DNA of 64,000 nucleotides from Lama guanicoe (taxonomy: Eukaryota), in assembly GCA_013239625.1 (NCBI GenBank), contig MU056050.1, forward strand, positions 154,337 to 218,336. Reading direction: 5' to 3'. The position numbers and the translations under genes are program-made. Shown here in pieces: positions 12,821-26,647 of this stretch. How positions within the stretch are numbered: the first letter of the stretch is position 1; each line of letters opens with the position of its first letter. The notes under the pieces were generated by a model. The model saw only the letters and a list, made by a program, of their open reading frames with translations, ran no database searches and was not told the origin of the DNA.

Positions 12821-14114
12821 ACGTGTGTTGTCTCCCTCCTTCACTATCCATCCTAAATTCCTCTCACCCTCAGATATCACCTCTGCTAGTCCTGGTGGCT
12901 TACTTTGCGATGTCAGTAAAACCCTCAATGCTGTGAAACCTGAGACCCTGGCAACCATACACACCTTGGTTTGGAGTTGCTGCACTTGTCCATTCACAAT
13001 TAAAATAGAGCAAGGCAATGGAGTATCAAGAGTTGTCCAAATGGATTACATAAGCTCCATTCATATTTCATCCTGTTCCCATTTTGTAACAGCAGCCCAC
13101 TGGGACTTGCCATAAACTCTACAAATTTCTCACCCCTTATTCTTCCCACTCCATAGGATCTGCTGCAAAGAGCCCTTTCTTGCTCTGTGACTTACTCAAA
13201 GGTGGTAGACTTCCATGTATATGACTGGATCAGTGTTTTCAAGTATGGAATTATTTCCTCAAAAACCGAAATAGTTCTTCCTGGTACAGTGCGTTTCTTC
13301 TTTGTGGCAGGGATCACAAGATGCTACAATTTGTGTTTTACTTTGGCAAGGATTTCTCCACATGCTCCTGACCCCTGGATCCTTAAGCATTTCATTAAAT
13401 CTTTTTTTTTCGCCCTCGTGAAACACTTCATTAAATCTTCATAGGCTTTATCTCCTCCACTCTGGAGCACATGTGTCTTACCAAGGCCTCCAGAGAACTA
13501 GCCATCACTTGCTCATCCTGCTCAATCAGCACAATGAGATCATCGATGTAGTGGATAAATGGGATATTTTTGTGGATGTTCCTAGAGGCCAGATCTCTTT
13601 GAATTATATTATGACAGAAGGCAGGAAAAAATAACAAATCCCTGGACAAAACTATAAATGAATATTGTTCTGCATTCTGCATAAATGTGAACTCTTTCTG
13701 ATCCTCTCTCTTGTTTGGAATAGCAAAGAACATATTTGCCAAATCAATAGCCATACATCATGTACCCAAAGCCAAATTAATCTGCTCTAGTAAAGATACC
13801 ATGACCAGCATAGAGGTTGTGATTGGCTACTAATTGCTTAAACTTGTGGTCATCTCCAGCAATTTTTCAAGTTCTATTCAATTTTTGCAGGGTCTATACT
13901 GGTGTATGTATGAAATGGGGAACACCATCGTTTCACCCTTGAGATCCTTAGAGTAGCACCAATCTCTGCCTGGGGCAGGGGGTGGAGTATTGATTTTTAT
14001 TTACTATCTTGGCTGTCAGCTGCAGTTTTAGAACCTTTGACTTGCCTTTCCACTATTGTAGCTTTTATGCCCCAGGACAAAAGACCCAATGTGGAGGTTA
14101 CTCCAGTTGCCAAC

Positions 14115-16245
14115 CCTCATGACCTAAGCACCTCCCAAAGGCCTCACCATCACCTTTGGGGGTTAGGACTTCAACATATGAATTTTGCAGGAACACAAAC
14201 ATTCAGAATATGGCATTCCACCGCAGCCCTCCAAAATTAATGTCTTTCTTGCATGCAAATACATTCATTCCATCCCAAAAGACAACTCATTTCAGCATCA
14301 ACTTAAAAGTATAAAGTCCAAAGTCTCATTTAAATAGCATCTAAATTGGATGAAACTCAAGGTATGATTCATTCTGAAACACATTCCCTTCCAGCTGTGA
14401 ACTTGTGGAATCAAACAAGTTATGAGCTTCCAAAACGCAATGGTGGGACCAGCATAGAGCAGACATTCCCATTCCAAAAGGGAGAAACAGGAAAGGAAGG
14501 GGTGGCAGGTCCCAAGCGAGTCAAACTCCAAGACAAACAATATTAAATCTTAAGGCTTGAGAATAATCTTTAACTTAACGCTTCACCCTCTAGGGCAGAG
14601 GTCCCACCTTCTAGACACACTGGGACAGGGACTCTGCCTTCAGGACACACTGGGGTGCTCAGCTCCCATGGCTTTGCTGGATGCAGGTCATGTGGCAGCT
14701 CTCTCAGGCTGGAATCACATGCTGGTGGCTCTACCAGTCTGGGTCTTAGGGGGGACTCAGCTCCCAACAACTCCACTGGGCAGAAGTCCAGCATCCATAA
14801 CTTTGAGTGGGAGTCATCTGGTCTGTTGAAACCCAGGAGATGCCCCCCACCTTTGGAACCAAGGAGGCAGCCATGATAGTCTCTGAATTGCCTTTGGGTC
14901 CTTCGTCCCTTGTCTTGAAGAATATTGCACTTTCACAGATGAATAACTCTATGGTCTTGTCCTATAAAATCTAAGAACTTTTCTCTCATTCCTTCCCATC
15001 TCCTCCTTCAGTTCAAATAGACTGTTTTCCTGCTGGGGTGGCTGATTAAGTTCACAGCTTACACCCTACTAATCTTATCAAAGCATCCCTTGGTCATGCT
15101 ATTAGTGTTCTCATATGAACATTCTTTCTCATTTTTTCACCATATGGATAGGCTGAGAATTTTCCAAAACTTTAATTTGTTTTCCTTTTGATTAACAATT
15201 CTGTCTTTAAGCCATTGCTCTCATCTCATTTTACTATGAGCATTCAAGAGAAGCCAAGCTGCTCCTTCAACACTTCGCTTAAAAATAGTTTCAGCCAAAT
15301 ATCCAATTTTATCGCTCACAAATTCTGTCTTCTGCAAAACACTAGGACATGAACACAATTCAGCCAAGCCCTTTGCCACTTTATAACAAGTTCCCCCTAG
15401 TTTCCAATAAGATGTTCCACATTTCCATTGAGAATTTATCAGAATGACCTTTACTGTCCATTCTGTGACATACTGTAACCATTCTGTTTATGACCACTTA
15501 GCTATTCTCTAAGAAGACTGACGCTGTCTCTACAGCTCTTTTCTTCTGAGCCATCACCCAAATGGCCTTTAACGGTCTGTTCATGGCATTGTAGGCTTTT
15601 TCTAGCAGGTACCTCCAAATTCTTCCAGCCTCTATCCATTACCCAGTTCCAAAGCTGCTTTCAGTTTCTTCGGTATTTGATACAGCAGCACTACTCTGCT
15701 CACAGCAGCAAAATCTGTATTAGTAAGAACTCTCCAGAGAAATATAATCAATAGCATATACATAGATATGTAAGAGGGGATTCATAGGAATTGGCTCACG
15801 TGGTTATGGAGGCCAAGAAGTCCCATGATCTGCTGTCTGTAAGCTGGCGACTGGGAAAGTTGGTGATATCATTTCTTCTGAGTCCAAAGGCCTGAGAACC
15901 AGGAGTTCTGATATCCGAGGACTGGAAAAATGAACATTCTAGCTCAAGAAGAGAGAAAGGAAATTCGCCCTTTCTTCACCGTTTTGTTCTTTTTGGACCC
16001 TCAACAGATTAGATGATGCTTGTCCACGTCGATGAGTGAGGGTGGACCTCTTGTCCACACTGATGAGTGAGGGTGGACCTCTTGTCCACACTGATGAGTG
16101 AGGGTGGACCTCTGTATCAGTCTCCTGAATTAAATGCTATTCTCTTCCAAAAAACACTTGCACAGACACACGCAGAAATCATGTTTTATCAGCTATCTGA
16201 GCATCCCTTAGCCCAGTCAGGTGGACACATAAAATGAACTATTAC
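14115..16245 (-). mobile_element. MaLR internal region with a partial MLT1-type LTR on the left and an MLT2B-like LTR (15716-16245) on the right
   Basis: MLT1 LTR terminus ~14115-14215, MaLR-int text 14215-15715, LTR TGTATTAGTAAGAACTCTCCAGAGAAA...TAAAATGAACTATTACA. Confidence 0.7.
16019..16111. repeat. 31-bp tandem repeat x3 (CTTGTCCACACTGATGAGTGAGGGTGGACCT)
   Basis: Units at 16019, 16050 and 16081; units 2 and 3 are identical, unit 1 differs by 3 nt. Confidence 0.97.
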
Positions 16246-16639
16246 AAGTATTAAATCTTATACCCCAAGAGAGTATCCTCAAATCAATAAATTCTCTCTT
16301 ATCCAGTTTTATGACATAGCCCCCTTGATTGAGCACCCTCAAAATCAAGTCCCATGAATACTCTTCTGACTCCAGCCAACACATTCTAGCTAATTTGTGC
16401 ATATCCCTTGGGATACAGGCCCTGTCCTCCCCCATCAGGCCCATGATGTTCTTAGATGGGTTATGCTGCCATGACTGCAGGAGAACAGGTGGGTAGATCT
16501 TGAGGGGGTCTCCTACTGCCTTGAGGGAGAGAGGCCTCTGCAGTGTCTTCCCACATGGGGAGGGGGGCTGGTGCATTATTTCTTAATAAGAAGGGATGGG
16601 CCACCTGTGCCGGTACTGAGGGTGCAGAGGGGGCTGGGG

Positions 16640-16775
16640 TAGTGCTGTCAGATAATTGATAGGATGCCCAGTTAAATTAGAATTTCAGATAAACAAATAC
16701 AATTTTAGCATAATTATGTCCCATGTGATATTTTAATTTTTGTTATATTTTTATTTGCTAAATCTGGCAGTGCTA
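16640..16775. mobile_element. MER53 hAT-derived MITE (internally deleted)
   Basis: GGATGCCCAGTTAAATTAGAATTTCAGATAAACAA...TTTGCTAAATCTGGCA. Confidence 0.75.
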
Positions 16776-16786
16776 GCTCGGGGAGC

Positions 16787-17136
16787 TGCTATGATCTAAA
16801 TGTTTGTGTCCCTCCCAAATTTATTTGTTGAAATCCTAATGCCCAATTAATGGTATTAGGAGATGGGGCCTTTGGGAGATGATTAGGTCATGAGTGGGGA
16901 GCCCTCATGAATGGGATTAGTGCTCTTATAAAAGAGACCCTAAAGAGCTCACTAGCCCTTTCCACCATGTGAGGACACAGCAAGAAGTCTGTTACCAGGG
17001 AAGAGGACCCTCACCCAACCAGGCTGGCATGCTGACCTCAGGCTTCCAGCCTCCAGAACTGTGAATGGTAAATTTCTGTTGTTTATAAGTCACCCAATCT
17101 GTGGCATTTTGTTATAGTAACTGGAATGGACTAAGA
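16787..17136 (+). mobile_element. MLT1A-type MaLR solo LTR
   Basis: TGCTATGATCTAAATGTTTGTGTCCCTCCCAAAT...CCAGCCTCCAGAACTGTGA...GGACTAAGA. Confidence 0.85.
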
Positions 17137-18074
17137 AGCCAAAATGTTCAGGGTCATTCAACCACATGTGCCCCAAGTTTTCCCAACCAAGGCTCTGACT
17201 TTAGCATAACAAACTTGCCTCTACCAAATATTGGCATCTTCAAAGCTCCTCTACTCTTTAAAATCCTGAGTTTGGTCTTCAGATTTTTTTGTGTTCTTCC
17301 CTTGCAGAAGATAAGAGCTTTGGTGTAAGTTACCAAAGAGACACTCTATATTTCACAGTATTTGACTATTCATTAACAGCCCTCACCTTTTCATTATCCT
17401 TCTGTAGGTATCAATACAACTAAATAACAGCTGATAAATTTCATTGTCTTTGTATGATTCCCTCTTCTCCACGCCCCCAGCCCCCATTTCCCAGAAGCCT
17501 GAATCATTGCATGGACAAAGCATTCCCTTTCATAGAACATTTCTCCAAGACACTACTTGTGAAAGTTTCAGCAAGTGCGCCACCATCTGGTGCCTGGGAC
17601 AATACATACCACACTTACCACTAGGGATGGGGTCTGCCTTGACAGCCTGGTGGTGAGTAATACCATCTCCCAAACTCCATTTTACTGCCTAATTTCTTGG
17701 ATCACTTCTGGTAGCAGATGTATTAGTTTAGGTCCTCTGGTAAGGAGACACCTAAATGGAGTACAAAGCACAAGAGGTTTATTGGAGGGTAACGTGGGAA
17801 AGGAAGGGAAAGCAGGATTGGGCATTGAGAACCTTAAATTGTGAAAATTTTGGCATCCTGAATGAAGAGTTCATTAGAGAAATTCCTCATTGGGCAGAAA
17901 GGATCAGACCTTAGCTTTGTACACCTCCCATGCTCAGTCATTGACTAGGGGCTGTGTGGGAAGAGCTTGACTTTTGCTTAAATACTTCAGCGATCTCAAA
18001 GGTGATGCACCGGAGGCTGACAGCTAAATGCACTCCTTGCAGCTGAATGGCAAAATCTTCTTGAAAGAATAACC

Positions 18075-19240
18075 AAGAGGCATAGATGGTTCTTTTAAAA
18101 AATGATGCTGGGACAACTGGGTACACACATAGAAAAAGGAAATAAATTGGACCCTTACTTCAATTAATACCCCAAAATCAGTACAAACAGGTTATACATC
18201 TAAGTTTGAGGGGCAAAATTATGCTTTTAAAAGGTAAATGATTATGTTCACAACCTTGGGATAGTGAAGAATCTCTTGAATAGTACACAAAACTATTAAC
18301 CATAAAGAAAAAAACTGATAACTTTGACTCCATTAAAATTAAACAGTTCATTAAAATATACCATTAAGAGAATTAAAAATTGATCCATACAGTAGAGGAA
18401 GATATTTGCAATATATATGTAGCAAATAAAGTTCTAGGACCTGGGACATGTACAGAATTGCTGGAAAATTATAATAAAAAATTTTTAAATGGGCAAAATG
18501 TCATAAACAGTAACTTCACAAAAATGGAAATCCACATGGCCAATAAACATATGAAAATGTCCTCAATTTTACAGAGAAATGAAAATTAAAACCATTATGC
18601 AATATCACCACACATCTACCAGAATAGCTAAGTTTTTTTATTAATCCTTACAATATCAATTTTTGGCAGAGATGTGGAACAGGAACTCTGACATACTGCT
18701 GGTGGAGATGTAATGTGATTTAGCCATTTTGAAAAAGTTTGGCATCATCTAGATTTGAAATTAATGCATTTTCTGTGACCCAGCAATTCCACTTCTATAT
18801 ATACACACAACAGAAATTTGTATGTATGTTCATCAAAAGACATGTACAAGAATGTTCTTAGCAGCACTGTTGTAATAGCCCTTATACTTGAATAATCCAA
18901 AGTGTTGACCAGCAGTAGAGAAGATAAAAATTTGTGATATTTCCAAACAATGAAATACTATTCAGCAATGAAAATTAATGAACTATGGCTATATGTAAGA
19001 TCACAAATGTACCCTACAAACATAATATTGATGGAAACAAGTCAGGAACAAATATTACATACTCTATGACCCCATGTATAGAAAGCTGAAAAACAGGAAA
19101 ACTAAACTCCATTGTTTAGGAACTCATACATAGATAGTAGAACTATAAAGAAAAGAAAGGAATGATTAACAAAAGTCAACATATTGGTTATTTCTTCAAG
19201 AGGAAAAATGAGAGTGATCAAGAAGGGGCATATGAGAAGG
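18075..19240 (+). mobile_element. Old L1M(E) ORF2 3' end and 3'UTR
   Basis: ORF 18380..18589 contains the remnant FTKMEIHMANKHMK. Confidence 0.7.
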
Positions 19241-19399
19241 CTTCTATTTTTTTTCCAATTTTTTATTATGGAAAATTTGACAGATACTGGAAAAGTTGGA
19301 AAAATAAAACAATTAACACTTACGTACCCTCTAATTGGATGTAACAAATACTAACATCTTGGCATTTTGCTTTATATTTCTCCATGTATACATACATAT

Positions 19400-20690
19400 A
19401 TTTTAACAGCTTTATTGAAATATAATTCATACACCATACAATTCACCCATTTGAAGTGTATGATTCGATGGTTTTTAATATAATCACAGCTATATGCAAC
19501 CATCAGCATATTCGATTTTAGGACTTTTCATCACCTCAGATGTAAACGTCATAGTTTTAGCTATCCACTTCCCATCCCCCCATCCTCCCAGCCCTAAGCA
19601 AGCACTAGTATACCTTCTGTCTCAGTAGATTTGTGTATTATGGACATTTCATATATACGGAATCATATGTTTTTTGTGATTGGCTTCCTTCATTTAACAT
19701 AATGTTTAAAAGGTTCATACATGCCATGGCATGTGTCCGTACTTGTATTTGTCTGCTTGGTCTGCCATAACAGAACACTACAACCAGAGATGTTTAAACA
19801 ACGCATTTATTTTCTCACAGTTCTGGAATCTGGAAGTCCAAGATCGAGGTGCCATCATGGTTGGTTTCTAGTGAGACTGCTCCTTGGGTTGCACACCGCC
19901 ATGTTCTCAATGGCCTCATATGGCCTTTCCTCTGTGTGCCTGCAAAGAAGGAGATCTCTGGTATTTCATCCTCTTCTTATAAGCATCTGAGTCCTATGGG
20001 ATTAAGACTCTACCTTTAGTACCTCTTTTAACATTAATTATCTCCTTAAAAGCTCTACGTCCAAATTCATATACATTGGGGGTTAGGGCTTCAACATATA
20101 CATTTGGGGGGACACAATTCAGTCTATAACAGCATTTCATTCCTATTTAGCCAAATAATATTCCATTGTCTAGCTATATCACATTTTGTATATCCATTCA
20201 TCAGTTGATGGGCATTGGGTTGTTAATACCTTTTACCTACTATGAATAATGCTGCTATACAACAAACCATTGTGTACAAATTTTTGTGTGAACATGTATG
20301 TACATTTCTCTTGTGTGTGTACCAAGGAGCTGAATTGCTGGATCATGTGGTAACTATGTTTACAGGAACTGCCAGACTGTTTTCTGAAGTGGCTGCACTG
20401 TTTTACATTCCCACCAGCAGTGTATAAGGGTTATAATTTTATCAAATCTTTGACACCACTTGTTATTATCTGACTTTTTATTATAGTCATTTTAGTGGGT
20501 GTGAATGGCATCTCACTGTGGTTTTAATTTGCATTTCTGTGATCAGTCATGATGTCAAGCATCCTTTTTATGTGCTTATTGGCTGTTTGCATTTCTTCTT
20601 TGCAGAAATGTTTATTCAGATATTTTGCACAATGTTTAATTGGGTTATTTCTCTCTGTATTATTGAGTTGTAAGAGTTCTTTATAAATCC
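19400..20690 (-). mobile_element. L1MB-type 3' end, antisense, interrupted by an MLT1A/B LTR (~19744-20131)
   Basis: CAGCTTTATTGAAATATAATTCATAC start; MLT1 text CTCACAGTTCTGGAATCTGGAAGTCCAAGATC. Confidence 0.75.
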
Positions 20691-21984
20691 CTTGTTTTGT
20701 ATTTCTTGCATTTCCTGTTTTTATCTTGTTTTGTATTTCCTTTGAGTTCATTGAGCTTCGTGGATGTGTAGACAAATGTTTTTCAATATATTTGTGAAGA
20801 TTGCAGCTATTATTTCTTCAAATACTTCTTTTCTGCTCCCTTCTCTCTTCTGCCTCTAGAAGCATAATAGTCAGAGGAATAGGGGGCAGTAACCTCAAGT
20901 TTTCAAGGCTTGCTTCTCCCAGCAGAGAACCACCACCTTACAAGCCAGAGCAAGGGTGATCGGTGCCCGAATATTCTCAGCAGTGCCATGCCCAAGGTAG
21001 AGCCTCCATCCCACAAGTGGGGGCTGCACAGAAAAAGGAAACCTGCACCTCTTGGCCACACTCACTGGATCTTAGCCTCAGCAACAGATAGCTAAGGGCC
21101 AGATGAGAAAAGCTCACATCTTGCACTTCCTGAGAAGTCAGCCCTCCAACTGGGAGCTCAGGGAAGGTGGAGACCTGTGTTCTTATTTGCATCAGTCTGG
21201 AGAGGAGTTTTCTTCTTGCAGAGCTAGGAAAGAGGGAGGAAGGGAATGGGTCTTGGTTCAAATACCACATCGTCCCCATGTTCTAATCAAATTTTAGTAG
21301 ACTTTCTTGAGTAGATGTTTCTTCATTTTTTGTATGTCCTTAGGATCATTTCCAGAGATTTTTAATGGTTGTATGTATTTTTTCACAATTTCCACCAATT
21401 TCACTGAAGAGCTGGTCCACAGAGCTCCTCACATCATCATGCCAGCAATGGAACTCCCATATATATCCATGTATATTTTTGCTGAGCTGTATAAAAATAA
21501 GTTGCAGACATTAGGAAACATCCCTAAATACTTCAGCATTAATCTCCCCCAAATAAGGACATACTCCTATAGAACCTCAATACCTTTATCATTCTTGAAT
21601 AAATTAACATAATTCTATAGTATCATCTAATAAACAGTCCATATTCAAACTTCTCCAAGAATGTCTTTTATGGGTCTTTTTGGGGGGTGGGGGTAGGGAA
21701 CCAATAACCAAACAAGGTCCACATATTACATTTGGTTACTTTGTCTCTTTAGGTTTCTTTAACCTAAAACAGACCTTACCCTTTTTCTTTTCATGTTATT
21801 TATATTTTAAAGAGTCCAGAATAGTTGTTTTTACAAGGCCACATGGGAGGAAGATTATTTCTTGAGTGCTGTCAATCTTCTATTTCTTGCCCAGGGTAGT
21901 GAGTTCCCTATGGTTTTAGCTTTTAATTTTTTTCATTAGGCCACACAATATTTTATGCATCAAATTTGTGTGTAATCAGTACAA

Positions 21985-22480
21985 ATAAGAAATGAGCTAT
22001 CAAGCCATGAAAAAATGTGGAGAAACTTAAATGCATATGCTTAGTGAGATAAGTCAATCTGAAAAGACTACACACTGTTATGATTCCAATTATATAACAT
22101 TATGGAAAAGTTAAAACTGGAGATAGTGAAAAGGTCAGTGGTTGCTAAGGGTTAGTGGGGAGGGAGGGATGACTAGATGGAGGACAGAGGATTTTTAGGG
22201 CAGTAAAGCTATTCTGTATGATACTATAATGGTGGATACATGCCATTATATACTTGTCAAAATGCATAGCATGTACAACACCAAGAGGGAACCCTAATGT
22301 AAACTGAGGACTTTGGGTGATTATATGTGTCAGTGTAGGTTCACTGATTGTAACAAATGTCCTGCTCTGGTATGGGATGTTGATTGTAGGGGGAGGTTGT
22401 TGGGGGCAGGGAGTATATGGGAACTCTCTGTACTTTCTATTCAATTTTGCTATCAACCTAAAACTGCTCTAAAAACAAAG
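21985..22480 (+). mobile_element. L1MC-type 3' UTR
   Basis: GAGCTATCAAGCCATGAAAA...GGAACTCTCTGTACTTTCT...AAAACTGCTCTAAAAA. Confidence 0.75.
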
Positions 22481-24526
22481 TCTGTTTCAAATTCTGTATG
22501 TATATTATATTTCACAGTTTTTTTTAAAAGGAGTAAAAGTCTGGAGAGAAGTGATTACAGTTATAGTGCTCTAAATTTCTCACATTTTTTAGGAGGTGTG
22601 TAAGTATATTAACTTTAGACTTAAGTACAGTGGGCTATCAAAGTCAAAATTCTATGCTTTTCTTATTACACCATCCCCCTCTCTAGAATCAAGTTAGGAA
22701 TTATTGACTTTCCAAGGTCTCCTAGGTCCAGTCCTGATAAGTGAACAGCCAGATTTAGTGCCTGGGCTAATTTTTTGCAATTGTCATAGCTTCTTCTTCT
22801 CTACTGCTCACAAGCATTCAAAAATTCCTTCCAATCTCGTTTCTCCAAAGAGCTGGCTCCTCCCCTTGACTTCCAAGTTACAATAGCTGAGAGGTAACAA
22901 CCTCCTCCCTCAAGCCCTCCCCTGAAGTTAACCACCCCTTGCCCCCTGCCCTGGGCAGAAACAGTGACGGAAGTCTTGGCATACCGCTTGGAAAGGTCCC
23001 TGACTCATGATCAAGGGGATTAGACTAAGAGGCCGAGCTAATGATTAAAGAGAGAGTTAGGGATAATGTTTCCTTGCTTCTATTTCTAGCAGTACTGTAC
23101 TAGCATGGGATTGGTTCACATTAACACCTGACTTTCTATCTGTGAAACCAGGGAGACCAGTCTGTTTGGGCTAACAAAATACTTGGGGAAAAAATGTTTT
23201 TGTTGATACCATAAGAGTGACTGACCAGAGAAGTCTGGGAATTTTTATAAATAAAATAACCATGAATATGCTTGTAAACACCATGCCATTCCACAGCATC
23301 ATTCCTTTTTTTAGCTTTTTTTTTTTTTAAGAACAGACCGTGTCACTGAACAGATGCAGGCTTTGCTGGGAAGGGAAAGAGTGGAAGTGGGTTACAAGAG
23401 AAGTGTGAGGGACAAGGCTTGCCTTCAAGGTTCTTGCAATCCCATTGGAGAGAAAAAATATTCAGCTAGGAGAAGGAAGAGAAAATATCTCACTGGTTTA
23501 GAGTGCATGATCATTTCTTTATATGCCAGAGGTGACGCTGACCTTTGAATAAAGGGAGGAAGGTTTGTGCAGCTAATTGATTGTGAAAAATAAGGGCACT
23601 GTGTAGGTTCCTTAAGAGTGAAGGCCAACAGATTTGCTTTCAAAAACACCTTTCATAGCTGTATTTTCTCTTAAAGAATGTCTGATAATGTCAACTGGGA
23701 TCTGTTCTTTCAGGTCCTCGGTGGATTCTAGAAGCCTTATATTCATGACTCTCCTTTCTGTCACCAGTGTTGCTGCCTGTCTTGAAAAGTAATAGGACTC
23801 CACTCCTTGGACAGTGTTCTACATACTAGCTGGTCCGCAAGTTTAGATTGACCTTTTACCTAGTTAGAGCCCAGGATTAAAGTCTGACTCCATCAAGGAA
23901 AAGTGGTAAAAGATATGATTCTATGTGGACCGTGTCTCTCAGTGAGGCAGTGCAGATCAAATAATGCGGATAATGCTCTCTTCCATATGTTATGCTTTCC
24001 TGGTGATCAATAATTTCTGATTTACTTGTTTAATGGCTACCCCCGCAACTAAAGGGCCTGCTCCATGAAGCTGCTGACCATGTCTCTTTCATTCTCTGCT
24101 GTATTGCCAGCACCCAGCACAGTATCTGACACAGAGTCACCATCCTACAAATATCTGTTAAATAAAGAATTAATCAGTTAAGTGGGAATTAAATCCTGAC
24201 AGGGCATGAATGGAAACTAGCAAATGAGGGAGAAAAAATGGTGAGAAACAAACTGAGGTCTTCGTTGGGAGCCATGAAATGACTGCAGGAACAGAACAGG
24301 AAGTGCAGAATAGGAGAGCCTTCTAGTGACAGTGGTGAGAAAGTGAGGGTGAGAATAATGAAACTAACATTGGTTGAGCATCTTCTAGGTGTATGGTGCT
24401 TTAACATGTATGAACTCATTTAATCTTCACAACTCCATGAGATAGGTACTATTACAATACACATTTTACAGATGAAGAAAAAGAGATTGATTCAAAGAGA
24501 CTGCATAACTTGCTCATGATCATTAC

Positions 24527-24982
24527 TGTGAGACAATTTTCCATGAATCTCCCATGTTTCTGCCCATCTTGTGAACAGAGACACAGACTGACACTGTTCT
24601 GGGCAATTTTTTCAGGGATATTTGTATAATGAACAGCTTTGGAAGATATAGCGGCTCCCTCCAGAGCAATGGAAAGGCAAATTACTGCCCATAATAAAGG
24701 ATTCAGATTCCTTTAGCTCACTGTTGCTCTCCTGTAACACAACGCATAGCATGTGCAGGTGTCACCTGGCCCCTTTTTGAGTAGCTCTTATGAGTCTTGG
24801 GGGCAAGGGGAACTGACACAGGAAAATGCTTATACTCTGGCTACTACTATTGCTGTGAGAAACAAAGTCCCTTATCTCTGGCCCAGGAGTCTCATGTCTT
24901 CTGCCAGCATCCATGAAAAAAATGTGGCAGGTTTTGTTAGTTTGCAAGTAAGATAAAATCTCAGAACCATCACAAGTCTTGA
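24527..24982 (+). mobile_element. ERV-type solo LTR inserted into a MIR (MIR halves ~24340-24525 and ~24983-25060)
   Basis: LTR-like text splits the MIR core (ATTTTACAGATGAAGAAA ... GGTCACACAG); family uncertain. Confidence 0.55.
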
Positions 24983-26647
24983 TGGTCACACAGGTGAAAA
25001 GTGTTGGAACGGGGAATTGTACCCATGCCTGTTTGACTCAAGAACCCACACTCTTTTCCCAGGATGCTGTTGCTTCCTGAGCTGTACACAGGGGGAGCTG
25101 CTGCATCGTATGACATCATTCCTCCTTGCCCTTCCTCCACACCTACGTGTCACTGGACGTGACCTTACTTTTCAAGTTGGATGATCTGGGTGTCTCGTTA
25201 AGCAGAGAAGAGGTTAAAACTATCTGATTATAATTCTTTTTCCTTCTGTCTCCTAGGTTAACGGAAGTCCTTAATCTATCATCTTATCTTCTTAATCATG
25301 CTATTTTCCCAGGGTTATGGTTCTTGTAATAGGCTTTTGTCAGGCATATTCATATTGATGAAAAAAATTCCCAGAGGACACAACAGGCACACTTGAGCTG
25401 TTCCCTAAATGACTACTAGTTTTAGCTCCTGGGGGATACTTGCCAAACTCTACATCAAAGGCACCAGGCCTCCTGTATCCTTGCTGGACCACCCAGGTTC
25501 AGCAAGGTTCAGGGGGTATACAATGGTGGGATCTCAAGATCACATTTTCCATATATTTATAACCCCCAAATTAATTGTATAAAGTGGTTTCAGTAGAGAT
25601 TTCTAATCTCAGGAGTCCCAAGTATCCCTTTTGTTCATATAGGTCTTTTGCTCTTATTATCTACAAACTCTTTTTATCCACAACATTGAGATGTTAGGCA
25701 ATCATTCTCTCTGATCACTGAAGCTGGAGCAACAACTGAAGCTGCCAGTGTAGGGCTGGGGAGAGGAAAAATCGGAGGCTGTGGAGGAGTGAGGCCATTC
25801 CCACTTATCATTTCCCAGAAGGCCTGATGATTCGTCTAGCACTTTCAGCAGAGTGATGACATGCTATCCTCACAACAGCCCTTTGAGGAAACGGGTCCAA
25901 AGAGCTTAAGTGACTAACTTGTCCAACATTATACTGTGCATTTATAGCTGGTCTGGGGCTAGAATTCCTCTCTATACCTTGTATGTTTAGTGAATTCAGA
26001 GGATAGTGTCCCAGTTTCCCAGAGGAAGAGGAGTAGGATGAGGATTAGGCTGAGGATTCTCCCTTTTGACAGCTTCTGGTCACCCTGCCCAGAAGACAGA
26101 CTTTCAGGAGGCAAAGGGCGGGCAAAGTCAATGCCAACCCATGTCATGCTTCCTTCTAAAAAAGTGGGTGGAAGAGTTGTGGAAGAACTGATATACTGGA
26201 AAGAGCTGGAGACTGGGAGTCCCAAAGTCTGACTAGACCATAAATTTTTCTTTCACCTCCCTGAATCCAAAGTCTACAATGTATAGGTGTCTTTGGGCCT
26301 GAGAGTCTAGCCAGATAACAGGTTGTCATATCCCAGTGGCAGAGTTTTGAGCCGTAGAAATAACCTCCCGACAGCCTTCAGCTATCCCCTCCCTGACCCC
26401 AGCTAGCAGCTGTTGCTCTTGTCTGAACAGAGGGTGATTGTTTCTTGACTTCTGGGCATGGATTTACCATGCTGGGCTCTGCTTGGGTTGCAGCCAGAGC
26501 TGGGGGTCAGAAAATAGTTCAGAAGAGGATGACACAAGTTGGGGTTTCCACCATCCTGAACCAAGCAAGGAGGACTGGCGATAGGAAAGGGAGGCACTGG
26601 GGGACCCAGGAGGGTCTTGAGAAAGTGGACTCAGGGTTTCTTTTCTT

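Larger units (their letters stand above)
12820..18060 (-). mobile_element. Fragmented ERV-L class provirus (ERV3-16A3/HERV16-like, LTR16-like 5'LTR ~17718-18060) with nested insertions
   Basis: RT remnant ORF 13431..13754 (AIDLANMFF...HYIDD), gag remnant ORF 16217..16576 (WDLILRVLNQGG..IKLDKREFID), Leu-type PBS-like TGCTACCAGAAGTGATCC on - at ~17699-17716. Confidence 0.8.

Noticed and set aside
13431..13754. Domesticated or active reverse transcriptase ORF
   Set aside because: Only 107 codons, surrounded by stops, frameshifts and nested insertions; a decayed ERV-L pol.
16019..16111. CTGATGAG inside a tandem hairpin repeat suggested a hammerhead ribozyme or a CRISPR-like array
   Set aside because: There is no stem II-GAAA half of the hammerhead core, and no unique spacers between the units. 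It is a simple tandem duplication inside an LTR.
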